From Balanoglossus misakiensis (lineage: Eukaryota; Animalia; Hemichordata): a stretch of 64,000 nt of DNA. Positions 37,195-49,900 of this stretch are shown one piece after another. Location of the stretch: contig CM082577.2 in NCBI GenBank assembly GCA_040954595.2, positions 1,054,001 to 1,118,000 on the forward strand. The letters run 5' to 3'. The first letter of the stretch is position 1. Every line of letters begins with the position of its first letter. The position numbers were made by a program, and so were the translations under genes. The notes under the pieces are model-generated. The model made no database searches. It worked only from the letters and a program-made list of their open reading frames with translations, and was not told where the DNA came from.

Positions 37195-37929
37195 ATGGCG
37201 AACTCAAGGACGAAACGTGTTTCCATGGCATCAGGACCAAACTACGGACCTGGACGTTTAGATATCAATCCGCACCAACGGAAAATTAGCGTCGTCAGTT
37301 CCCGAGTGCCGGATCTTCCCAAAACGAAGAAAAATCTGAACTGGGACTCGCCAAAGGAAAAGTCTGCCGTCAACTGCTCTGACAAGGTAGCGATAATATC
37401 GACAATAGTGCTGGGTTTGTTTGTTTTGCTAATTGGTACAATACTGACTATCGTGTCCTTTGTGGTGTGGAGAAACGGAGTTTTAGAAATCGTCGGTCCG
37501 TGTTTGATAGGTGTCGGTGGAGTTATGTGTGTCCTGGGAGGATTTGCTCTGGGTAAGAAGGTCAGAGGTCATATTCAACAGCAAGACGATAAAGAAGGGG
37601 AAGATGGAGAAGGATACGTGAACCCGGATGTTCAAAATGTATCTCTGGCGGAAATCAGGGAAGAAGCTGCGCCCGATGAATCAGAACTTTACACGGGCAG
37701 TGGAAACGATCAGAATCGAATGAAAAGAAATCAAATCAATAATGTGATGAAAGATTTCGACTCTGACACGATTCCTGGGATGATCCCATTACCCACAATT
37801 CCAGGCGTGCCGTCAGATGATTTCCAGGCGCCATTGGTTGCCTATCCCAACATTCCTCGCGATCAAGGCGATATCAAGATGGCGTCTGCTACCTATAAAG
37901 TGCCAATGACAACAGATTCAAACCTTTGA
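37195..37929 (+). CDS. Single-exon two-TM membrane protein, PIRT/TMEM100/TMEM200-like hairpin
   Basis: 244-aa ORF with good Kozak (AAAATGG). Two hydrophobic helices IVLGLFVLLIGTILTIVSFVVW / VLEIVGPCLIGVGGVMCVLGGF. AATAAA at 38138. Family call is tentative. Confidence 0.7.
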   Translation: MANSRTKRVSMASGPNYGPGRLDINPHQRKISVVSSRVPDLPKTKKNLNWDSPKEKSAVNCSDKVAIISTIVLGLFVLLIGTILTIVSFVVWRNGVLEIVGPCLIGVGGVMCVLGGFALGKKVRGHIQQQDDKEGEDGEGYVNPDVQNVSLAEIREEAAPDESELYTGSGNDQNRMKRNQINNVMKDFDSDTIPGMIPLPTIPGVPSDDFQAPLVAYPNIPRDQGDIKMASATYKVPMTTDSNL

Positions 37930-38209
37930 CAGTGCAATTTCTTGATCTTACGTTTCTCTCACGAACTTGACATTTACAACGACCAGTTGTGGTGTTACAC
38001 TATTTACTATCATGTATATTTTGCTCAGACACCTGGAAGATGTTTAATACGATATTCAACACTGCATGGTATAAGAGAGCGACTGCTATATCGTCAAACA
38101 GCTTTCATTGCCAAATCTTTTAACCTTTAAAATGACGAATAAAGTTCATATTTGACTGTTAGTACTTTGGTCGGATTGAGTTGAAGAAGTTATAGGTCTT
38201 CTTGATATA

Positions 38210-39349
38210 CTACTGAAACGTGTAGTCTTCATTAATTGTGATGACTCTGTTTTCTCTCCTGGATTTCTCGGCAGCAAAAACCAGAAGATGGCTGGCAAGT
38301 GCGTCATCCGGTCCAGTGCGGAGGTGGGAGGCATCGTTTGTCTGTACCAAAGATGAAATGATATTTTTGTCGATAATAAAGAATTTATTATGTGATTAAG
38401 TTTGATAATGCAGTTTATCTGGACCAAGCTAGAGCAATATGTGTTAGACAATAGTTAAAGTAAAATGTAAGATGACAACATACTGACACAGCCCGCACAA
38501 ATGAATCCATGAGAAAGTAGTCACCACCACCATGTCCCCAAAAATGTTGGCTTTCTTCTGGAGGTGGCGATGTTTCAGTCTCGCGCACTGATGTAGTTTG
38601 AGTGTTGAAGTCAAACACGTACACTGGCCCGGAACCATCGTATCTAATCTCACCCTGATATGAATCAGAAATAACAGAACATATTCACATTATTCATTGC
38701 TTGATAATGGTGATACGACGTTTGTTATGTATTGGTTACAAGCTGGAAGAGACGTTCTGTGCATACACTTATTGAAAGTGGCACAACCATCAGTAATAAC
38801 AACCATGGTGATGAAGTCTTTGATAAGAAACATGGTGAGATGTCTCACCTTTGTTCCATACACTTTGGTTTGACGGTCGATTCCCTCTGTAAAGGCCATC
38901 ATCGTGAATGACACAGTCTTACCACCTTCAAAAGTGAAATTGACAACTTGGTTGTCACAAACGTCATTGTCACATTCATAGACACATCTCCCATACGGTC
39001 CATTCTTCAGGGCATCAGTCACGTGTTCTATGTCTGGTATATCACTTACAAGGGAAGCTGGCCAGCTGTCAAAGGCCTACTCAAATAAAGGTGTGTGGAA
39101 TCATGTGAAGTTGAAGCGATCAGACCAAAGGATTGTTTCCACATAACAGAAGAAACACGGGAGGGTCAAAGGTCAAAGTTCAGTGTCGGGGGGGGGGGGG
39201 GGTATTGTGGGAAAATATCATGTACCTGACTGTTGAGATATAATTTCTTCGCAGAGTATGGGCATCCATCTTCAACTGTACAATCCAGGCAGCGAGATTC
39301 TGCTCCTACCGGCTGAACAAAAATACACTATGTGGTTTTGAATGTCTGT

Positions 39350-39433
<84 letters not shown>

Positions 39434-41552
39434 GCAACATCATGTTGAACAACAGAATGCCTAATTAGCCAGTTGGAAGGATTCATAGAGCACTTTACCT
39501 GGTTTTCCTTCTTGAAATGGTTCAGCGAACCAAATGATGATACATGTGTACATCTAAATAATGGAAAGTTATAAGCGCACTGTTAAATACGTGAAATTAG
39601 ATGGTAATATATTCAATGTTAATTAGGTTGCAACGTGATTGCTTTCTACACTGAATAACCAACTTGTCACCTAAAATTACGACCAGTCTTCCCAGTTGTA
39701 GGTAAATAGGTAATTTAAATAGGTCACTTTCATGACCCCTATACATCTGTATAAATTCCTTATCATTATTACCTTGCCTGCGATCACTGTTCACACGACC
39801 CAAGCTTACCTGTTACTTCCCATCCAGTATCTAATCAGATCAACATCGTGGCTTGACTTGGACATTAAGGAAAATGTACTGCTCTCCTCTTTCCTCCAAT
39901 GACCACGAACAAAGGAATGTGAATAGCGAATAAATCCGACCTGTTCACATCAAATTCAGAAGTCATGTATCATTACGCTTATAAGTGATAATTGTATAGG
40001 ATGCACGTAATTAGAGACAACACACAAAACCACGCAGTCGTTCTCACCCAAAGATGGTTCAACAACCAATATAATTTCATAGTTGAACACCCCATGAAAC
40101 ACGTACTGACTTTAGGCAACCGACTGGGTCTTATCATTGATTAACAAGGTCCCTTACCTGTTCTGTGTGCTGGATATTTACTACATGCCCAATGTCTCCA
40201 CTATCAATCAGTTCCTAAACGAAAATACAGTTGAGAAATTTTAACAATACAGCTCGGATCGGATGATGATGGGAACTCCCAATATTAACAATGCAGTGCA
40301 GAAAATGCCCCTGATAATGTATTTCTGTTAAATGTTTGTCCACCTACATGAAGATACAAAAGCAAATTCGAGGAAAGAAAACAATATGTTTGTAACCAAC
40401 CTTGACCTTCATGTTTGAGCTGTGGTAACGGAGGACAAAGCAGACACATAGCATTACATTGTTTCTTTTGCAGACTCTTACTATTTCCCGACAGTCTTCT
40501 TCTGTAACCTTCGTAAGCAAAAGATAAATAGATAACAAGCCGAATCTTCAAAGCATTGAAGCCTTCATTTTGGTTCCTTTGCATTGTATCCTGCTCAGAC
40601 AGTAGGCAGTGACTAGGACTTGATGGACATGATGAATAGAATGTCTTGGTACATGCGTGCAGTATATATTCACGGGCTCCCTATCCCGATACTGTGGACT
40701 TCAGGAATTTCTCACTTATAAACAAAACATTTGTGATTAACTTCTAACACTCATCCAGAACACCAATTTTCGATGTACAAGTAAATAATGAATACAGAAA
40801 TATCTCAACTTACGGCCATTGGTTTTTCCAACAAAATGTGATAACCTTTGACAGCACAGGCTACAGCTGGTGCCTGTTCAAGTATGGTAAAAAGTGGTTA
40901 TAGTACATAAACATGTTTCTGTAATCAACTCAAATTCTCTGTATATAGTATGTTAACAATGAAGAGAACCGCACCTTGTGAAGTTTGTCTTGAGTTGCTA
41001 TAACGACAACATCTGCAAACTTATTTCTTTTGATAAATTCTTCCCAATCAGGAAACACGTTTTCATCGGGAATTTTGAATTGTGATTTCATTCTTTGGCG
41101 TCTGACCTCTTTTGGTTCGGCCACACCTACTACCTATAAAGCAAACCATACAGGTTAATGAAAACCAGTGGCATCGCGTGTTAAAACACTCGGGTAGGAG
41201 GACATACTATTTCATTCACAGTTTTACAACAGAAGCTGCAAGACACAACAAAGTCGATATTATTGTGGTATTTGCGTTTCAAATAAATGGACATTAGACT
41301 TTGAATTATGACAATTTGCTAATAGCATAGCAGGTCAATCGAAAGGTGTAAAATACAAAAATCTACTGTGTCAATTTCTCTAATGTCGGGAATGTTTGTC
41401 TCACGAAATGAACAAAATATTATTTGATAAATTATGAAAAAAAAGACTTCTGCCATACATGCCTTGAACCTGTCAGGAAAATCCAATGCAAAATAACCAT
41501 ATTTGTTTCCTCTTGCTCCAGCACCAATGATAACTGCAGTCACCGGCTTCAT
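38210..41552 (-). CDS. Gfo/Idh/MocA-family NAD(P)-dependent oxidoreductase (YteT-like), copy 1, 11 coding exons
   Basis: [101 protein letters not shown]. Stop at 38210. Confidence 0.9.
39348..39439. repeat. (AAC)n trinucleotide microsatellite in an intron of oxidoreductase copy 1
   Basis: About 28 nearly perfect CAA units are visible. Confidence 0.95.
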
Positions 41553-42803
41553 TCTACAGTCTCTAGTAAACCGGTGAAGCACTATCAGTTATAACAAGCG
41601 AACGATTAATATATTTAAGGCTTTTTATTTACATTTCACAAAATTTAATTTTGGATTTATTGCTCGTTCTGGTAAAACTACGAGAAAGTTCCTGAGAATA
41701 CCATATTTAGAAAAAAACCAAATCCTTGAAATTTGTGCTCAAATTAAAATACGGAAAAGTTCCTCAGGGATGTGAAAACTGCATGAACAGTGGTCCGCGA
41801 AAAGTCAATACTTGATGACCAAAAACTGACGGTGGGTGGGTGATGTATGATGCCAAGGAATAAGTCACCCTGGCCCACATTTGGTACCCACCCATCATTT
41901 CACCAGTCAGTCAATCTAAAATTGTTCGCTGAATTCCTCAGCTTTTTTAGAATTTAATGAGAGACCTTTAAATGGAACGCATGCTCCAGACATCATTTAT
42001 AAGATATCACTTTCATCACGTGACCAGTTGCAAGGACGAACACAAAAAACAGCACAGCACAGCACAGACAAATCACGTGATCAAGGGACGTATGTTTACT
42101 TCCTATAATTTCGAGGCAATATAATCTTAGCGGTAGTAATTTCATCAAAGTGGAATTTTTAGAAAGGCCTGTGGTAAAATGAGCAAAACTGCAGATTAAT
42201 GCAATTTCTATTCAAGAATTTGGGGCAAGAAATGAGTTAATAGCGGTTTATAAGTTGAGCGCCAAAATCTGGTATGACATTCCCATATCCATCAAGTATA
42301 TTTCGATTGAAATAATGACAGAATCAACTACAAGTCTTAGATGGTTTGGTGTCTTTATTTCCATGTGTGTCATTATAATTAATATTCCTGATGAAATATA
42401 AATTCTCGTTTTATGTCCTTCTAATTATAACGTATTCCATCTGACACCAATGATGTTGAAAGAATATTTCGTTGCATCTGCGTAGTCACTAACGTCGCTT
42501 GCCATTTTTATGACAATTTAACATTAGAAATACAGCAAAATAAATTGGGGAAAATACATTTCTTGGAAGGAAAGATTTTATAGGATCAATCACTCTGCAT
42601 GGTTTGTCATTGTGTATTGCACACCCATCCTTTTTTATGTTTATGTTTTTAAAAAGTGACATATAAGTCCATTGAGTGGGAGGTTTCCTTATTCATTGTA
42701 ATCCATTCTGTAAATAATTTGTAATTGACCCCCTGTCATTATAATAAACTGTCTATACTATAACTTAGAGTCACTTGAAGGAATCATATGTCGAGTTACG
42801 ATC

Positions 42804-45800
42804 CTAATGATATGTATTGTCTTGGTTGATTTTGATGACTCTGTTTTCTCTCCTGGATTTCTCGGCTGCAAAAACCAGAAGATGGCTGGCAAGTGCGTCA
42901 TCCGGTCCAGTGCGGAGGTGGGAGGCATCGTTTGTCTGTACCAACAGAAAACCGAAAACTTTCGTGAGGGCGCAATTCGTGACAATACTCGGTTTATTTC
43001 TGTAATTGATTCATTGATCGGCGAACAAGATCTATTGTTGATCAGATAAACAAGAACACTGCTAATAAATTGGACATTTTGTTTCGTGGATTGGTTGCCA
43101 TACCACATGACCATAAATTTTGTAACTGACACCAAGAGACAGGTTAGCGTGCATGAATACGATAAGGAATGCAGGAATTTCAATTTACCACAAATAGTAA
43201 AATCTTTTGATTAGTAAACATAAAATAACTCGAAAACGTACGACTTACAGACACGGCCCGTACAAATGCATCCATCAGACCATAGTCGGCGCCGAAATGT
43301 CCCCACAAATATCGACCCGGTGGCTTTGTTTCAGCTGCATATGACGAGGTTGTCAAAGTATTGAAGTCAAAAACTTTGACTGGTCCAGGGCCTTCACACG
43401 TTATCTCGCCCTAAAAATCATTGAAAAAAAAACATACAATCAGATATGTCACAACATTCTTGAACTCTTTCTTGGATCACTTGTTTTTTTATGTAAGTAC
43501 CGTAAATATTGGCAAAACAGTCTACAGTTGATGTAATAAGTGTATTGAGAACGTCAGTGCGCGTACCTTTGTCCCATAAATCTTTGTTTGACTGACACAA
43601 ATTTTCTCGCTAAAAGCCACCATTGTTAGAGATGCGGTCTTGTCGCCTGCAAAGCGGAAATTAACAACCTGGTTGTCACAGACATCATTGTCACATTCAT
43701 AGACACATCTCCCATACGGTCCATACTTCAGGGCATCAGTGACGTTCTCTATGTCATAAACATCGCAGATGAGGTTTGTTGGCCATTGATCGCATGCCTG
43801 TCAACGAACGAGAATCATCCGGTTAGTAGGTGTACAACGTAGCGGACATTCAAGAAGAGCTCACTGGTAGTCGTCATGGTAATATGTGTAGGTCAAAGGT
43901 CACTACCTGCACGTACCTGCCTATTGAGATAGACTTTCTTCGCAGAGTAAGGGCAACCATTTTCGGCATTACAGTCCAGGCAGCGAGATCCTGCTCCTTC
44001 AGGCTAGGAAGGAATAAAACACTGTTACATACACATACTGCCCGGCATAACCGATGAAGTTCGATCGTACAAGAAAAGAGGCAGTTTTCAAGGACTGGTG
44101 TGAATAACCTCAGCTCAGGCGATACTTTCACCCCGGCATTCGCCGTACCATGTACTCGGACATAAATATTACTGACCTTGTTCTTCAACTTGAAATAGCT
44201 TAGCGACCCGAATGACGACACATGTGTACATCTACGCGACAGAATATAAAATATGTTATCTGAGTTCATAATACATGTATACTCAGAGTTTCGAACCCAG
44301 AATAATTCCAGATATCGGAACGAAATGAACAAATCATGACAAGCGTCACATAAGTCACACCTGGTTTGCGTTAAACTACTGATCCAAGAGGGTTGGCTAT
44401 TGGGCAACGTGGAGAAGTTCGTTCCCTCTTTCCACTCTAAAGCATTGCTCCACAAATGTTGCGGCGCATGAAATATGAAGACTTAGAAAAGAAACCTACC
44501 GATTTTTTCCCATCCAGTAACTAATGACATCCACATCATGAATCGACTTGGCCAGTAATGAGAATGTACTCACTTTCTCCTTACTCCAATTTCCACGAAC
44601 GTAAGAATGAGCGAAGTGATAAAATCCAATCTACATGTCGATGAAACAAGATTTTCATAGATATATAACAACACAAAAAGTTTACAAAAAGTTTAGTCTG
44701 GTTGTTGCTAAAACTAAAATAGCAATGAAAACAATAGGGCGTTTGTTCAGCTCTATAAACGGCGTTTGGTAACGTCGCTGGTGACCTGCACTTGGACATT
44801 GATCTGCTCCTGTCCATGGGTGAGTACACACTTATTCTCAGGTAAGGAAGGTCATGTGACTTTCACGTGATTAATACCACTGGGCGTGACGTCAAACAGG
44901 AAATAATGGCAGAAATCCCTTTATACTACTTATAGTTCAACTGACAATCTTTATTTGACAATTTAAGAAAAACCGGCAACGAATAAAAAAACGATATCGG
45001 GGAATCTGTTAAATACCGGTTTGAACCGAGTCGTGCCTTACCGGTTCTGTTTGTTGGATGTTTATCACATCGCCAATGACACCATTGTCTATCAGTTCCT
45101 ACATTAAATGTGAAAAGAAAATCGACTGTTATTCAGTGGTTACTCCAACTTACTCTTTGACATCGCAAACAGATAAACATAGACTACAATATCTGTCACC
45201 TAAATAAATATATAAGCTAATGTATATATAATCAGTGTCATGATGAATTATACAAATCAAAATCATTCTTTACAAAAAAACTTCACTTTTTATGTATGTA
45301 AATGTAAACCTAGTCGCTATCAATTCTTAATAGCATAAATTTACATCAAATGAAGACTGCTTTCAAAATATATAAAATCAAATTATTTATATAAAATATT
45401 TGGCGGTTACTAATTATATAAATGCCGAGTTACCTCATATGAATATAGTTATGATGTACAATTATTTGTAACTAACCTTGATCTTGACCTTTGACCCATC
45501 GTACCTGAGGACAAGACACACGGATAACATTACCTTGTTCCTCTTACAGGCTCTGACGATATCCCGGCAGTCTTCTTCTGTGACCTTGGAATCAGAAAGT
45601 GCGCACGTTTACGTGTTAGTCATTATAATCAAAGAACACGGTCAGAACTATTTTGAGATAATAGCACACGATTGAATTGTGAACAAACTGGGAAGTATTC
45701 GTTGTAACAAAGGGAGAATATAGTAATTCGACCACTGTGACCTTGGTATCAGCTAGTGTAAGGCCTACGTGCTTGTCATCATATTAACAAAAAACACACG

Positions 45801-46979
45801 ATTGGAACTATTTTGGGAAAATTTTAAATTGTGAACAAAATTAGTATAGTATTCATTTCACATAGAAAGAATACAGTAGGCTAATTCTACTGCGAACAAA
45901 ATGATAAAAACAGCGGGTACGTATATATTGTGTGTTCTACATTGTATGCTGAGTATACAGACTGTCACTTCTTCTAAAATAGTTTCCAATCGTGTCAGAT
46001 ATAAATCTTCATTGGAGCTCGAGTAGACACACAGACACAGACATAATTCGGTGGACGTCATATTTTGAAGTAAGTTACTCGCTCTGGTGAACTATAAGCT
46101 TCAAAGTTGGTGCGTCCTAGAAAGGAGGCTGACGTAAAAATAAATGTTTGAAGTGTATCGCGTGTGTGGAATCCATTTGTCACAGGTTTCTCGTGACCAG
46201 AGCGAAGGTTTTTCGTCAATATAATTGTGTATACTTGGTAAAATATTCAAACTTACAGCCATAGGTTTTTCTAGTAATATGTGATAGCCTTTGTCTGCAC
46301 AAGCTACAGCTGGTTCCTGTGGTATAAGACACAATTTCAGTTAATGTTTAACTAGAATCTAATACGGGAGTAAAAAAAACTGTTATACCAATGGAAAGGA
46401 GTGGTACCTTATGACATCTGTCCTGAGTTGATATTATAACAACATCTGCAAATGTGTCTCTTTTGATAAAGTCTGTCCAATCAGAAAACACGTTCTCATC
46501 CGGGATATTGTACTGTTCTTGCATCCGTTTACGTCTGATAAGTTTGGGATCGGCCACACTAACTACCTACAGGACGAATTACAAAAGTTTATACTTTCAT
46601 TTGTAACTTTTGCACACATTATTGAAAAGAAAAGCATTGCGAGCTGCTTGCCTTTTATATAAAAGTTGTTTGATAAATAATTAGACTTTGTTGTGGGACA
46701 GCGTGGGTGCGGGTGGGCACCCAATCCATCAGGAACATTTGCCATGTAACCTACACCAAAACTAAGACAAAATCTAGGTTACATGTTATCATAGTTCTGT
46801 CAGAAATTGCTCTTTCCGGGTTCACAATACCTTCATAGACAACGCCTTCGTCTCCATCAATCAAGAAGAACGTAAATCTTTATTGATACCTTAAATCTAT
46901 CCGGATAATCCACCGCAAAAAGTGCATAATCATTTCCTCTTGCGCCAGCCCCAATGATGACAGCAGTCACTTGCTTCAT
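42804..46979 (-). CDS. Gfo/Idh/MocA-family oxidoreductase (YteT-like), copy 2, 11 coding exons
   Basis: Same exon structure as copy 1: [72 protein letters not shown]. All GT-AG introns are in frame. Stop at 42804. Confidence 0.9.
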
Positions 46980-49900
46980 TCTGGTTTCAAGATTCCTGAA
47001 ATTGGACATTAAAAGAAATTGGGCCAGGGGAATTTCTTTTATTTGGCAAAGCTGTCATTGACACAGATGAGAACGATGAGGGTGTTCGAATTTCTGGACC
47101 AGTGTAGGCCTACCAGTGTTCGGTGTCAAAATGTGACGAGGGTTTTCAGATAGGGTCAGTACAAATCACAAAAATGATTATGCCAACGCTCTGACTGGGA
47201 GGAGACATCTGAACACCAGAGGAACGCGGAAAGTCTGTTTTACAAGTTCCTGGGTTAAGAGGTTAACCTGCCCAATAGCCTTATCAATAGCTTCATGAGT
47301 TAATCGCTCAAGGAACCATCAATTGACTCATCATCGGGACTTTGAACATCAAATTAACCTGATTAGTCAATGAGCGGACCAAGCTTCATGTTGAGACCCT
47401 CAATTTTCTGGTTCCCAACTATCCCTCTTTCAATCGTAGGTTGTTGTTGTTGTTGTTTTTTCGAAAATAATGTTAATGACTTCCATACTGACCTATGTGA
47501 AATTAATCCATCGTCACATTTTTTCAACCCTACCCATTTATGGCGACATACACCCGCCACTTTAAAAACTTCATAAGCAGCTCCTCGTACGGACGTCATG
47601 TTTGTAGTACTTTGCAGTAAGTTTTTCCCCCTAGTAACTTCATTTAAAATATCTTTGCTCCTGCTTAGCTACATGTTTGTGATTTGTTCAAAAGCTTCTA
47701 ATACTAAAATTAAGAGCAATGGGGGCTGGGTTAAGACATCGATAACTCACAGAAAATAATCCCACGAAGTATATTTTCAGGTACGAAATGGGAGCTCAAA
47801 ATTAACTAAAGTTCTTACACTTGGCAACTGAATCAGCAACACCTTTCAAGATTTCAACAATCGCAACTTATTACTCCACGTACTTTGTCTACCATCACTT
47901 AATATTGAGGAAAGTACACTTACCTTGTGCACGCGGTTCCACATCAAAGACTGACATGCACATATTGATACACTGGCTTTCATATAACAAAACAGTTGGC
48001 TCTTCCATCTATGTCCAACCTCCCCAACATATACACATTAAAGGTGCATGTGCACAGCTGAACATGTGTTTCTCCTTTAAACAGTGCCTTGCATTGTTTA
48101 TATACATAGGAAATGCCGTAACCTCAACCCAAACGGTCGCAACTATGGGCCTTTAAAACAAACTATCTGCACATTATGTCAGTTAACAACCATGAGGCAC
48201 AGCCCCAGCTCACTTCTTGTGACAGCATTACTGTAAATAGAAAACACTGTAACAGATCAATTATTGCTAATTCAAGAATAAGTGGATCTCTCTGACTTGT
48301 ACAAGAAACATGTTTTACACAAAAGAAATTCCATCTTTCATTTCAAATCTTCCCACCCTTTGCACACACACACACACATAGCCACATCCATCCATCCATG
48401 CATACATACCTACATAATCAATTACAGTTTATGCGATATGCTACAATAACCCCATGCTATATATGGCAACTAGGAGCTACAAATAGATAGTCATCAATTT
48501 TAATTTATTAGTTAGAACGCTTCCACTCCATTTTTAGAATGTGCAGGAAATGCTGCAGTCATCAATAGTGAGTTGTTTGATGAATCGTGATGGCTGGTTG
48601 AAAGGCAGGAATGCAAATGTGACAGAAATGACATTTATGCATTTATATCCTATCTTCATCAATTGGTAGTCACATAGCACACACTTCTGGGTAATCACTC
48701 TCTCAATTCAAATACAAAAGCGACTGTTGTGAGATGAACCATTGTGACAAATCTGTAACCCAGAATGGGCCAACAGGCACCTGGTATAGAGCATCGCCAG
48801 TTTCTAGAATAAACAATAATTTTCCTGCTGTTGGGGGTGATTCATTCAAGCCAGTAACTCAAACTTTTGGCTATTTTCGTATGTATTTTTCTCCGATAAA
48901 TCCAAGAATTGTTTGTTGTTGTTGTTGTTTTTTGGGGGGGACTTTCAGGTCTTATGGTATAATTGGATATCCCTGAAGTTGTCAAATTTAGTTGATTAGT
49001 TTCACTTTTTTTATTACAGAAAGCTATACAAAATTTCAGTTCCAGATAATCACCGAAGTATTCAAAATTTAAAACTTCTCCCTAATTTTCAAATGAAGAG
49101 CCTATAAATTTTGTGGACAGGGATGTATTGACCAACAGACAAATACAGAGTCCTCTTGTGTACGTTTCCATAAAAAGCAGGAAAAAATGCAAAATTTTTT
49201 TTTAAAAATTCATCAACAAACACATAATATTTTATTGCACTCTGAACATCTTCCATACTTCATCAGGATGCAGGCAATGTTCCATAAATAAAAAATATAA
49301 ACCAACAAACAACAATGAATGAATGAATAATAAAGAGAGAAAAATCAATGGAAACAAATAAAATATGATAGTGGTACTACATTGTATATAGCTATTTGAC
49401 TGCAATAGAATCCAGATGACTAGTAGAAATATGTTCAAAAGATTGCGATTATTTTTCAAAATATTAGAATATAGTATACAGCACAATAGTAAGAGTGGCA
49501 GATTTATGAAATTATGGAATTTGTGTACTGAAGAAATTTACATACATACATATAAGGCGTACCAATCATACTGAATTGTGGGATTGTTTATGTACTATGC
49601 TTCCCCCCACCCCCACCCCCTATACACATACAGATGCCTCATCCAACCACCACAACTGGAATGCTGTACACTGCAATTCGTTATGACTAATGGATTTTTG
49701 CCCTGATCAGTACTGGAATGAATTTGCCAAAATAGGATGGGGTCAAAGGTTATGTCCTCAGGTCAGAGGTCAAGTTCTGTGCCTGCTAACAAATGGCAAC
49801 ACCAGGTTCCTTGGTCTTCACCAAAAAAACACCAAGTTCGGAAATATATACAACTTCAACATGCCATTTTCATAACCATGAAACCAAGCTGTCCATCCCC

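Noticed and set aside
38146-38451. ORFs with [19 protein letters not shown] (also 42758-43183)
   Set aside because: These are wrong-frame readings of the oxidoreductase last exon. The true frame is [28 protein letters not shown].
38210-46979. Recent horizontal transfer or bacterial contamination of the oxidoreductases
   Set aside because: Each gene has 10 spliceosomal introns and host-like composition, so any bacterial origin would be ancient.
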